Assembly: GCA_964016885.1 (NCBI GenBank)
Contig: OZ024742.1
Coordinates: 345,278,001 to 345,342,000 of the forward strand
DNA length: 64,000 nt
Source of the DNA: Eledone cirrhosa
Taxonomy: Eukaryota
Direction of reading: 5' to 3'
Shown here piece after piece: positions 24,686-37,211 of the stretch; within the stretch, counting starts at the first letter, position 1; every line of letters starts with the position of its first letter. A program made the translations under genes and the position numbers. A model generated the notes under the pieces. It was not told the DNA's origin and searched no databases. It worked only from the letters and a program-made list of their open reading frames with translations.

Positions 24686-27600
24686 AAACCCCGTGACCAA
24701 GAAATACCGGGATGGCAGCCGGCGGGGAATAGCCGTGTCTCTAGGGGAGGACGACCCCTCTAGTCTTGGTTGACACTCGTCCTAGAAGTGGTAACACGAA
24801 ATGATTACCCCTTGGCGGTTAAGGATAACACGCGACAAAATAAAGTAAATGTCAAATGATAAAATCTCATACCGGATCGGCCGTCACCCGGGTCAAAAAG
24901 GGCCGCGTCCCTCACAGAAGAACCAGACTGAGGTCGAAAACTCAGCTAATGGTTCAAACCTTCCCATCACTTCGGAGCTGGAGACCTCCCATAACTGGAA
25001 TACTCCTACTGTTGGCCCTCCATGCTCACCACCAAGAAATTCAAAGAAAAAGAGAGAAAAATGGTAAAGGGAAGACAATAAAGAAGTCCTTGAGGCTTTC
25101 TACACTGCCATGTACTACCCATCAAATACATCGAATACAGAACAGACATATATCAACTGGAAAAAGAAACATCCCGAAAACAGAGGCTATATTGACAGTA
25201 ACAAACTAGCCAATATACGAAGAAATATTGTTAAAAAAAAGTTACTAACTGATATAGAAATTGATCAGATCAAGCTATTAGCACAAAGTCAGCGAAGGGA
25301 AAATGAACATGTGTCAGTGAAAACGAGGTAAATTGTAACACTTCGAATCACAGAGTTGGAGTGGAATCACTGACAGCAGAACAAATTAAAGAAAGCATCG
25401 AAAAAGTGGAGTGCATGCTCAAGATGAAACTCAAAATGAAAAACAATGAGATCATAAATGATATAGAAATGAATGAGAATGAACTTGTCAACTTGAAAGA
25501 TGAAATTATGATCGAATGGATGAAAATGAAAGAATCTGACATGGGGGAACGAGACTCTCTCCCTAAGATCCAGAACTCCAAACATAACCAAAAGATAATA
25601 CACAAGACTAATATAATTCTCAAAAACATTATCATCACAAACAAACTAAACATTACTGATCTAAATCATCTCTATTATGCATCGGCTAAAGTCACCACTC
25701 ACTTGTGGGGAGTGAAAATGAAAAAAACAAAGGAATTCCCACAAGAAATCTACTTGACAAGAGAACATCAGTCGCCAAATAAACATTTTCCGATCTGACA
25801 TAGACATTTTAACAAACTACAAAGTAGGTGAACATGTTAAACAAACTAAACTTAGAAAATTGAAATGAAAATACAGTATAAAATCAACAAGTGACATAGA
25901 CATGCTGATAGAAATAATCAAGCAAAAAGTGTCGGCCAAAGCTGCTCGAAAAACGATCTAGATTCTATAAGGACAATAATATGTTCAAAAACCTATGTTA
26001 CTTCTACAGAAAAATTGGCAAGTCAACAATAACTACTAAATCAATACCACCCAAGGAGGAAGTGCAAGAATTCTGGGAAAAGATCTGGGCCGAAGAAAAA
26101 GTTCATAATATATATGCTCCATGGATAGACAGACAGATGAATGATTCAGCTCACCTTGAGGAACAAACATGGGAAAATATAACAGTTGAACAGTTGCGTT
26201 TGGCTCTTAGAAAAACCAGCAAATGGAAATCCCCAGGAAAAGACAAAATACCAAATTTGTGGATAAATGCCTTCACAGAGTCTCATGAGCTGTTAGCCCA
26301 ACTTTACAATGAAATAGTTAAGGAGCCAGAAAAGATACCATCATGGCTAGTTAACGGCATTACATTCCTACTTCCGAAGAATGATGAGACAAACAATCCC
26401 CCAAAATTACAGACCGATAACTTGCTTGACCACAATGTATAAAATTTTAACATCAGTCCTAACTGAATATACATATGACCACCTGATAACAAATGATATA
26501 TTTCCCAATGAGCAGAAAGGGTGTAAACGAGTCTCATATGGCTGTAAAGATCAGCTTTTGGTTAACAAAATGATACTGGAAGATTGTCATAATAGACACA
26601 AAAATCTATCAATTGCTTGGATAGATTATAAAAAGGCATTCGATAGTTTACCACACATTTGGATTAAAACATGTTTAGAGATTTTCAAAATATCTCCCGT
26701 TGTCAGGAGGTTCCTGTTATTCAGTATGAAGACATGGAAAACGACACTCCTTTTGAATAGTGAAAAAAAATTACTGGAAGCTGGAGAAGTTAATATTAAT
26801 AGTGAAATTTTCCAGGGTGACTCTTTATCACCGCTTTTATTCTGCATCGCACTTATACCATTAAGTAAAATGCTCAATGAAACAAAACATGGATATAAAG
26901 TCTATGACAAAACCATTAATCACTAGTTCTACATGGATGACCTGAAACTATTTGCAAAAAATGATGAACAATTGCAAGGGCTATTATCCACTGGGAAGCA
27001 GTTCAGTGATGACATTAAAATGAAGTTTGGACTAGATAAATGCGCCAAAGCAACGTTCACCAGAGGAAAGCTGCTGTAGAGTTCAGACATTAATCTTGAT
27101 CGGGGGAATGTAATAAGAGAACTTGATGAAGAGGAAACTTACAAATATCTAGGTGTTTGAGAAGGAGACGGAATCAAGCACTCGACAATGAGTGAAAGGA
27201 TAAGGAAGGAATGTTACCGCAGAGTAAGAGCAATTTTAAGAACGAAATTGAATGCAAGTAATAGAATCGATGCCATAAACACGCTTTCCATACCAGTTGT
27301 AGCCTACAGTTACAATGTCATCAACTGGTCAAGCACAGAGATCCGTAGGCTCGAGACAAAAATTAGAAAATGTTTAACCATGCACAGAATGCAACACCCT
27401 AAGTCAGATACAGATAGAATATATCTCCCTAGGAAAGAAGGAGGACGTGGGTTAATCCAGTTAGATATTGCGTTGAAAACTGCAACAATTGGATTATCTA
27501 CATATGTAAGGGAATCACATGATTGGATGATCATACTCGTTTTGAAACACGAAAGCATCAAAAGATCACACTCCATTACAAAAGATGCACAAAGATACAG

Positions 27601-28568
27601 TAATGGACTACAAATTTCAGAAGTTCCATTTACTGCTGAAATGAAAAACACAGAAAAAGCAAGTAACCGCAAAGAAAGAACTGCTACAGAAACTAACTAT
27701 GAAATGGCAAGAAAAGCCTCTGTATGGAAAATACCGAGAAAGAGCTAACAATCCTGATTTTGACAAAACTTTAACTCATCAGTGGTTGGCATCCTCTGGA
27801 CTGAAATCGGAGACTGAAGGACTAATTATATCAGCACAAGATCAGTGTCTGCCAACAAAAATTTACCAAGCCAACATAATAAAAAATGGATGCAACCCAT
27901 TATGCCGTGTATGTAAAATAACAACCAGAGACCATTGATCATATAATTTCAATGTGCAGTCCTATAGCTCCAACTGAATACCTAAACAGGCACGACAGAT
28001 CTGCACAATACATACATTGGATAATGTGTGGGAGCATCAACCACCTCCCGTACTTGAAAAAGATCAGATCTCAATCTTGTGGAACTTTAGCATACAAACA
28101 GACCGAAAAATAGATGCAAATAGACCTGATATAATATTGAAGGACTTTACAAAGAGGGTATGCCTGCTAATTGATATGTCCGTTCCAATAGACAAGAATG
28201 TATCTATAAAAACATTTGAAAAATTGAGCATGTATAAGGACCTGGAGATAGAAATTGGAAACATGTGGAAATTGAGAACTAAAACAATACCAGTGGTTGT
28301 AGGCGCTCTGGGAATGATACCTAAGGGGTCTAATGATTACTTATCGCAAATCCCAGGAGAAATACAAAAGATAGTACTAATGGGAACTGCCCATATACTA
28401 AGGAAGATTCTGTCAATATAAGTACATCACAAGTCTAAACACCTAAAGATGCATGCGTGTGAATGTATGTTCTTTCTTGAACATGGCGGACCTTGTTGTC
28501 TCTTGAGGTCACTGGTTGTGACTTGGTGATAACTCGTATGAACATAAAGCAAGATAAATGCAACTGTA
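24685..28568 (+). mobile_element. R4/Dong-clade LINE family B, copy 2 (multiple stops and frameshifts)
   Basis: Co-linear with 19645-23610; ORF fragments from 24849 to 28421. Confidence 0.92.
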
Positions 28569-28584
28569 ATAATAATAATAATAA

Positions 28585-29582
28585 AGGGCAAGGACAATTA
28601 GCATCAAATTGGGAGCAGAAACCTCTGCATGGTAAATATGTGGCCCGTAGAAAACCAGCTTAAGTTGACCAAAAGCACACCCACTAGTGGCTACGTATTT
28701 CAGGGCTAAAGGCGGAAAGTGAAGGCCTCATCTTAGCTTCCCAAGATCAAAGCTTATTGACTCGTAATTACCACCAGGCCAATGTGATGAGAAACGGAAT
28801 ACACCCAAAGTGCCGATTCTGCAATGCTGAGGTTGAAACAGTGGATCACTTAGTCTCTGGATGTAAAGTTTTAGCACCAGTAGAATACAAATATAGACAT
28901 GACAGAGTTGGCCAATATCTACACTGGGTAATATGTCGGCATTACAAAATCAAAGCTGAAGACAAGTGGTACAATCATCACCCTGAGGCTGTAACTGAAG
29001 GAGAAAAAGTAACAATTCTCTGGGACTTTCCTGTACATACTGAGAGGACCATAAGAGCAAATAGACCTGAATATCATTGTAAAAGATCAACATAACAAGG
29101 TCTGTTAATTGATAGATATGAGCATCCCATGTGATCACAACATCGCGGCAAAAGAATTTGACAAGCTACGAAATTATAAAGATCTGCTTATTGAAATTGA
29201 GAAAATATGGCACCTCAAGGCCGTTACAATACCAGTGATTGTGGGAGGACTGGGAATGATCACGAAAGGAACAGAACAATATTTGCGAATGATTCCTGTT
29301 TTAACCTCTTTGCACGAGGTGCAAAAAATTGTTTTGACTTGTACTGCACACGTATTGAGAAGAGCACCATCTCTGTAAGATTGATAACCCTCCTTGTATT
29401 TACATATGCATATGCACATGTGTATATATGTATACTGTTTTTTTTTATTTTTATTTTTTTTAAATTATAATCAATGTGCTGTATTAACTGGCTTACCAAT
29501 GCACACTGTGAATTTATTTGCCCTAGGTGTCAGGAAGACACTCGGCATATATCTCAGAAACAATAATGAGAGAAAATGAAAG
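28585..29582 (+). mobile_element. 5'-truncated R4/Dong-clade LINE, family C
   Basis: KPLHGKY...GLKAESEGLI...CRFCNAEVETVDHLVSGC...RHDRVG...ANRP...IDMSIP; lies between TAA repeats. Confidence 0.88.
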
Positions 29583-29595
29583 CAATAATAATAAT

Positions 29596-31001
29596 GGTTT
29601 CTTTATTGGCCACAGGGGCTGACACGAAGAAAAAACATTAGAGACGGCACAGAACAGTACAGAACGATACAAGGTGGGTTTTGGTCGTGTAAATAGGTTA
29701 TAACAAGATAGAAATCGGGATAGAAATCAAAAGAATTCAAACAAAAATTCCCCAAAAAGAGGGAAACCTCCGAGGGTCACTCGTGGTGAAAACCACACAA
29801 AAGACCACGGCCACCCTGACCACCAGGGCAAGCGCCCTCTCTCACTTTTCCCAGTCATCAGTCTACAGGCCTATACTCAGAGCGAGCCCGTTCACTCGGA
29901 CCAGAGTCGCCACTTTCACCCACCTTTGAAGACAGCACTTGCCTCTCCACCCTGATTTTCCTCTTCAAGTGAAACTTGAAAAAGTTAATCAAGGATTGGC
30001 AGAAGAGGAAAGTGTCCGTCTTCAACCCTTTCAACCTTGTACACCACACAATCTCTTTTGCCATGGCCACCAAACAGATGAAAACTGCCTGCTCATCCTC
30101 CTCTTTAAAGGAGGATGGTGGGGCTATCTGCACAATGGACTCAGTCGATAACCGGATCTGTCCTACACGCGATAGCAGCTATTCGACATAGTTCCACAAG
30201 TCAGAAATCCCCGGGCACAGAACGAGTGCGTGCAGGACGGTTTCTTCGACCTGCGCGCATCTACGGTTTCCAAAGAGTGAGACTTCGCTTCTTGGGGGGT
30301 GGCGAAGAGTACGTCTGCCATCTCCTCCTCCGTGACTAGCACTATTTCTATATTTCGGGCCACACCTGCGAAAGAAGTGGACCCTTTTTCAGCGGCACCA
30401 TTATTGCTGCCGCTACTGGTCTTGTTGTTGGTGCTGTTGGTGTTGCTACTGCTACAAACAGTGTTGTTGGTGTTGTTGTTGTTATCACTGTTGTAGTTGG
30501 TTGTGTTTTTGGTGCACGGTTGTTGTTGTTTTCGGTGCAATTTGTATTGTTGCTGTTGGTGTTGTCGATATTTATTTTCTTGTGAGTGGTGTTAATATTG
30601 CATTTGTTATTATTTTATTCTGTTGTCTGTATTTTGGTTGACGCTGTTATTGTCGTAGTTGGTGTGTTAATTTTTTCAAAATTAGTGTTCTCAGTGTTGT
30701 CTTTGTTCAGGTTGTTTGTGGTGGTGTCTGTTGTAACAATGTTTGTAACCCTCCTCTCAACTTTTACGCCGTTGTCAGACGACATCAGACATATTGCTGC
30801 TCAGCCATGTTTTTTTTAGTTTTTTTTTAAACAATGTTTTTTTTTTTAAAGTAAAATGTTCAAATAGTTGGGCCAAAAGGCCCAAATATTATACTTTCCC
30901 CTTCACAGGACAAAGTCTAAAGAAACGTTTAACAACAAATAATTTTGACAGGCAAATAAAGCGACTTATTGGGAGCGAGCAAAAAGCGTCCGAACAGACT
31001 G
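29596..31001 (-). mobile_element. Internally deleted Tx1/L1-type element (5' UTR and ORF1 start joined at ~30262 to ORF2 C-terminus and 3' UTR)
   Basis: Minus strand: CAQVEETVLHALVLCPGISDLW (CCHC)...AKEIVWCTR; 3' end gccAATAAAgaaacc then (TTA)n. Confidence 0.75.
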
Positions 31002-31021
31002 ATAATAATATTAATAATAAT

Positions 31022-31772
31022 AGTTTCTTTATTGGCCACAAGGAGAAAAATATTAGACGGCACGAAGAAAAATATTAGACGGCACAGAACAGTACAGGAC
31101 GATACAAAGTGGGTTTTGGTCGTGTTAACAGGTATAACAAAATTTGGCTAGAAATAAAAAAAAATTCAAACAACAAAAATTCCCCAAAAAGGGGGAAACC
31201 TCCGAGGGTCACACGTAGCGAAAACCACACAAAAGACCACGGCCACCCTGACCACCAGGGCAAGCGCCCTCTCTCACTTTTCCCACTCTTCAGTCTACAA
31301 GTGCATGCTTAGAGCAGGCCCGTTCACTTGGACCAGACTTGCCACTTTCACCCACCTTTCAACAAACTTACTAGAAGACAGCACTTGCCTCTCCACCCTG
31401 ATTTTCCTCTTCAAATGAAACTTGAAAAAGTTAATCAGGGATTGGCCGGAGAGGAAAGTATCCGTCTTCAACCCTTTCAACCTTATTCACCACCCAATCT
31501 CTTTCGCCATGGCCACCAGGCAGATGAAAACTGCCTGCCCTTACTCCTCTTTCAAGGAGGATGGCGGGGCTATCTGCACAATGGACTCAGTCGATAACCG
31601 GATCCGTCCTACACGCGACAGCAGCTGTTCGACATAGCTCCACAAGTCAGCAATCCTCGGTCCACGGGCTTATATCCCTTACACAACAGGAAAAATTAAA
31701 CAACAAATAATTATAACAGGTAAATAAAGCGACGTACTGGGAGCGAACAAAAAGACGTCCGAACAGACCACT
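31022..31772 (-). mobile_element. Second, shorter internally deleted Tx1/L1-type element (junction ~31660)
   Basis: Same 5' terminus (gtctgttcggacg..tttttg.tcgctccca) and same ORF2 C-terminus and 3' UTR as 29596-31001. Confidence 0.75.
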
Positions 31773-32390
31773 AATAATAACAACAAAAACAACCATTTAT
31801 TATTATTGTTGTTTACGATGGACGGATTTATAAAACAGCTCCGGTGAAATATTGGATTTTATCACATTCACTTTCTAAAAATTGTTTTCCTTGGTTTTGT
31901 ATACTTCCTAACAAAAGACTGTTACAAAGTTTGGAGCCCATCCCACCACTCCACCTATAAGAATAAAATTGTTCCTTTGACATGTTTGGTGTATGTGCGT
32001 AATCCTTTATTTCTAGTGATTTAAGATGGTCAGCTGTGGAGTTACAAAAGGCTATTAGTAGCGTCTCATGAAGCCTTCTATCCATTAATCCACGGATTCT
32101 AAACTTTTGAAGGGGCCATAAGACTCAATGTCGTGATATACAGCATGTCTTGTCAATTTTAAACTTTACATTGCACATTCCTTTCCAGGTCAGAACACAG
32201 CAAATTTCTTCTAAATATAAATGTATATATTGTTAAACAAATAAAACAAAATAAACACAGGGATAAAAAAAATTCAGCCTTAATAGCATGATGCATTGGC
32301 AGACGTAGAGGAGGGTTCGGCATTTTGGACGGAAGTCCTTCTTCAGGGAATTGAGAGTTTGGATAGGGAGAGAACAGGTTTATATATATT

Positions 32391-33476
32391 CTAGCAGCAG
32401 TATCCAGCGTTGCCTGGGTAGGTAAAATAATATGTTCCTTTGATGAAAAGGTGTTGACCTTAGCGACTGCTTCTCGATGACCCATGCGGGGGAGATTGGT
32501 GATGACCTCTATCACTGAGAAACGCGGGTGACTGACGAAGGGGCATGCTGGAGGAGGGAGGTAATGACCTCTAACACTAAGCCAAATTTCCTCACGCTAC
32601 TTGATTGGAAACCGATGAATTCTCAAATACACAACTGAAAGCTCAGACGACGTCAGAGGCCATCGTTTTGCCTTTGACCATCTATAAGATGTGCAATGAT
32701 AGGTTCTTTCGTAGTATAATAATTGAACCAAATAAATTGATTTGTGTGTGAGGTGGAGCCGAAGATTCGAATTTGAACGAAATCGGTTGAAAAATGTGGG
32801 AGCTAATGATAGGTCAGCGTCCCTGAACAACCGAGCCGGAGTTCGAATTTGAACGATATCGGGTGAAAAATGTGGGAGCTAGAGCCCAAAAGGCGGAAAT
32901 TTGAGCGAAAAGGTGGTATTTTCGAATATTTAAGCGGCTGCCATGGCGTTCCTGAACAAGAAAATCCAAAATATAAAGGCATTTTAAGACATGCAATAAT
33001 CAGATCTCGCGTAGTGTAAAATTTGAACAAAGTAGGTTGATTAATCTGGGAGCTAGAGCCGAAAAAGTGGAAATTTCAGTCTAAAAGTGTTTTTTTTTAT
33101 ATTTAAGCGGGTGCCAGGCTGTCCCTGAACAACAAATGCAAAATATAAAGCGATTACAGGGTGTGCAATGATAAATTCTATTTTGCTTTAAAATTTGAAC
33201 GAAATCGGTGGCAAAATGTGGGAGCTAGAGACAAAAAGCTTATTTTTCGATACCTAAAAAAAGGTGACCCCCACCCCTATCGATTTTATCTGCAGAATGA
33301 CCCCGGAATAAAAAAAAACGATACGCTGACATATAGAAAACACTTCCCGATCACTAATCTATGAGCCTGTAAAGTTTCAATAAAATCGGTCATAAGATGT
33401 AGGCCTCTATAGGTAATACACAGACACACAGACATACACACATACTTAATTTTATATATATACAGATATATATAGA
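32391..33476 (-). mobile_element. Non-autonomous Helitron-type element with internal sub-repeats
   Basis: Minus strand begins A|TC (33476) and ends cccaggcaacgctgga (hairpin)...gctgCTAG (32391). The motif aatttgaac...tgggagcta recurs at ~32770, 32847, 33020 and 33192. Confidence 0.7.
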
Positions 33477-33678
33477 TTAGAACAAAAATCACGAGCGCTC
33501 TATCTCAAAATTATTTTTGAAAAGCATTAGAAATGCGCAACCGGTAACAACTTAAAACTAAAACTGAATACTAAATAATACTTATTACTAATTTATACTT
33601 ATCCCTAATTAAACTATTTTTCACTGGGAAAAATTTGTCACCATTTTCTTTTCCTTTTTACTAATATATATATATATA

Positions 33679-33930
33679 TATATTTATTAAAATAACAGAT
33701 TAAAGTTTAAGCAAAGAATCGTTGCTTTCACCCTTAACGGGATCTTCTGAAACTCATAAAAGTCCCTGGAGTTTCAGAAGATCCCGTTAAGGGTGAAAGC
33801 AACGATTCTTTGCTTAAACTTTAATCTGTTATTTTAATAAATATTTGCTCTACGGTTCTTATATATTTGATATATATGTATCCTTATCGAGCCCTCTTTG
33901 GATTTTAGTCTTCAAATTTATTATTATTAT

Positions 33931-33932
<2 letters not shown>
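33679..33932 (+). mobile_element. Minimal PLE-derived fold-back element (perfect ~77-bp hairpin plus 90-bp tail) in (TA)n
   Basis: 33679-33755 is the reverse complement of 33769-33845; the sequence matches the pLTR of 7070-8965. Confidence 0.88.
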
Positions 33933-33977
<45 letters not shown>

Positions 33978-34030
33978 GTAAGTATGTATGTATACGTACA
34001 TACTTATATGTATACAGACGTACAGTAGCA

Positions 34031-34066
<36 letters not shown>

Positions 34067-34171
34067 ATTAAATAAATAATATTGTAAATATACTCCAAAT
34101 ATTTGTCGAGTGCTTTTATATCAGTTATAAATATTTACTTGTTGTAACCCAACAATTTTAAATATAACTTT

Positions 34172-34209
<38 letters not shown>

Positions 34210-34371
34210 GCATACAGGTACACATACATATATGCACGCATCAGTTTAGCCGGCGTTTATTATAAAGCCGGCCGCTTTGTTCGTTTGTTTGTCAACAAAG
34301 CGAACATCCTGAATTTATGCCATACGGTGTTAAGGCAACCACGTCACCTTTTTGTTCAACACTGACACAGG

Positions 34372-34416
34372 AACGATGTACTAGTTTCAAGCTTGTTAGC
34401 TATCATCAGCACCGTT
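34372..34416 (-). ncRNA. Type I minimal hammerhead ribozyme (intact)
   Basis: Reverse complement: AACGGTG-CTGATGA-T AGC taacaa GCT T-GAAA-CTAG-TA-CATCGTT. Confidence 0.88.
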
Positions 34417-34790
34417 TACCCATCTGCCAGATAGTTGAACATTCGAAAGTATATACTTTCCTTATGAAAATTAACGGCTGAGCAGCCTAATTTGAATATT
34501 GAGTAAGTTAAATCGGTCAGGCATACCGAAAACGATAAGTTGAAAAAAAATGAAAACGAAATTTCATTTCTCACTCTTAGTATGGCACTTACTTAAATGT
34601 AAGTATGTATGTATACGCACATACATATATGTATACAGAAAAAAAAAAAAAGGTGACGTGGTTGCCTTAACACCGTATGGCATAAATTCAGGCTGTTCGC
34701 TTTGTTGACAAACAAACGAACAAAGCGGCCGGCGTTATAATAAACGCCGGCTAAACTGATGCGTGCATATATGTATGTGTACCTGTATGC

Positions 34791-34847
<57 letters not shown>

Positions 34848-35082
34848 TGCTACTGTACGTCTGTATACATATATATATGTACGTATACATACATACTTAC
34901 ATTTAAGTAAGTGCCATACTAAGAGTGAGAAATGAAATTTCGTTTTCATTTTTTTTCAACTTATCGTTTTCGGTATGCCTGACCGATTTAACTCACCCAA
35001 TATGCAAATTAGGCTGCTCAGCCGTTAATTTTCATAAGGAAAGTATATACTTTCGAACGTTCAACTATCTGGCAGATGGGTA

Positions 35083-35127
35083 AACGGTGCTGATGATAGC
35101 TAACAAGCTTAAAACTAGTACATCGTT
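35083..35127 (+). ncRNA. Type I minimal hammerhead ribozyme, G12A mutant (GAAA to AAAA)
   Basis: AACGGTG-CTGATGA-TAGCtaacaaGCTT-AAAA-CTAG-TA-CATCGTT. Confidence 0.8.
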
Positions 35128-35289
35128 CCTGTGTCAGTGTTGAACAAAAAGGTGACGTGGTTGCCTTAACACCGTATGGCATAAATTCAGGCTGTTCGCT
35201 TTGTTGACAAACAAACGAACAAAGCGGCCGGCGTTATAATAAACGCCGGCTAAACTGATGCGTGCATATATGTATGTGTACCTGTATGC

Positions 35290-35348
<59 letters not shown>

Positions 35349-35583
35349 TGCTACTGTACGTCTGTATACATATATGTATGTACGTATACATACATAATTA
35401 CATTTAAGTAAGTGCCATACTAAGAGTGGGAAATGAAATTTCGTTTTCATTTTTTTTCAACTTATCGTTTTCGGTATGCCTGACCGATTTAACTCACTCA
35501 ATATGCAAATTAGGCTGCTCAGCCGTTAATTTTCATAAGGAAAGTATATACTTTCGAACGTTCAACTATCTGGCAGATGGGTA

Positions 35584-35628
35584 AACGGTGCTGATGATAG
35601 CTAACAAGCTTGAAACTAGTACATCGTT
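35584..35628 (+). ncRNA. Type I minimal hammerhead ribozyme (intact); predicted cleavage after GUA at 35621
   Basis: AACGGTG-CTGATGA-TAGCtaacaaGCTT-GAAA-CTAG-TA-CATCGTT; 7-bp stem I and palindromic stem III. Confidence 0.9.
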
Positions 35629-35790
35629 CCTGTGTCAGTGTTGAACAAAAACGTGACGTGGTTGCCTTAACACCGTATGGCATAAATTCAGGCTGTTCGC
35701 TTTGTTGACAAACAAACGAACAAAGCGGCCGGCGTTATAATAAACGCCGGCTAAACTGATGCGTGCATATATGTATGTGTACCTGTATGC

Positions 35791-35822
<32 letters not shown>

Positions 35823-35937
35823 GCATGCTACTGTACGTCTGTATACATATATGTATGTACGTATACATACATACTTACATTTAAGTAAGTGCCATACTAA
35901 GAGTGAGAAATGAAATTTCGTTTTCATTTTTTTTCAA

Positions 35938-35976
<39 letters not shown>

Positions 35977-36174
35977 GTATATATATATAGAGAAAGAGAG
36001 ATAAGTAGTCCATGGGGCGAGTTTGGTAGAAGTAGTAACACAACAGTTAGTTCGCCATACCGAGAACAATTGTTTCACCTTCAATTGTTCTCGGTATTTC
36101 TTTATTTATCGATGTCGAAAGGAAGAAAGGCAAAGTTGGCTACGGTGAATTTGAACTCAGAATGAAGTGAATCA

Positions 36175-36570
<396 letters not shown>

Positions 36571-37133
36571 GCTTTTGCTACTGATACTGCTGGTGCTGTA
36601 GATGATGATGATGATCATGATGGTGTTATAGTTATTTTGAGATAGTATTAGTTTCTTCACTGAAGTTTTTTTAACTTCAGAAAATTACAAAATTGTTTTC
36701 GCTGAAAGAAATGGCGAAAAAAAACTTTAATTCTTTATTTCTCACATTCTCGTCGATATATTGCTGCCGAATTTTTCTAGTTTATTTTATATGATTATTC
36801 TTTTTTTTTTTTTTGTATTTTACTATTCTTCATTCCCTCCCGGGAAATCTTGACATTTCACTTGAAGAATTTCTGAAAGTTTTGAACATTGGGATTTCGT
36901 ATTTGAATTGCAAATCTTTGTCATGCAATTTTGTATTGGTTCCTGCTTTTGTAACTTTTAATGACTCCATTTTATTTATATATTATTATAGCTGTTTGTT
37001 TCTTTGTTTTGGTTTGGAATTCTTTTTTCGTTCCGGCCAACTATTGTTGATATCAGTGATACAAGAATAGCAATTTACCGGAAACTAAAAACATCGTGAT
37101 ATAATAATGAAGGATATGAGTGAGGGCGAGATA

Positions 37134-37211
<78 letters not shown>

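Larger units (their letters stand above)
33974..35940. mobile_element. Retrozyme-like array: ~501-bp non-coding unit with one HHR per unit; one minus-strand copy (33974-34638) and ~2.6 plus-strand copies (34651-35940)
   Basis: Near-identical units; HHR cores at 35090 and 35591 give a 501-bp period; no meaningful ORF; (TA)n flanks. Confidence 0.85.

Noticed and set aside
31828-32515. ORFs 31828-32085 and 32159-32515 as host exons
   Set aside because: No recognisable domain; the second crosses a Helitron terminus; the extended frame contains a stop.
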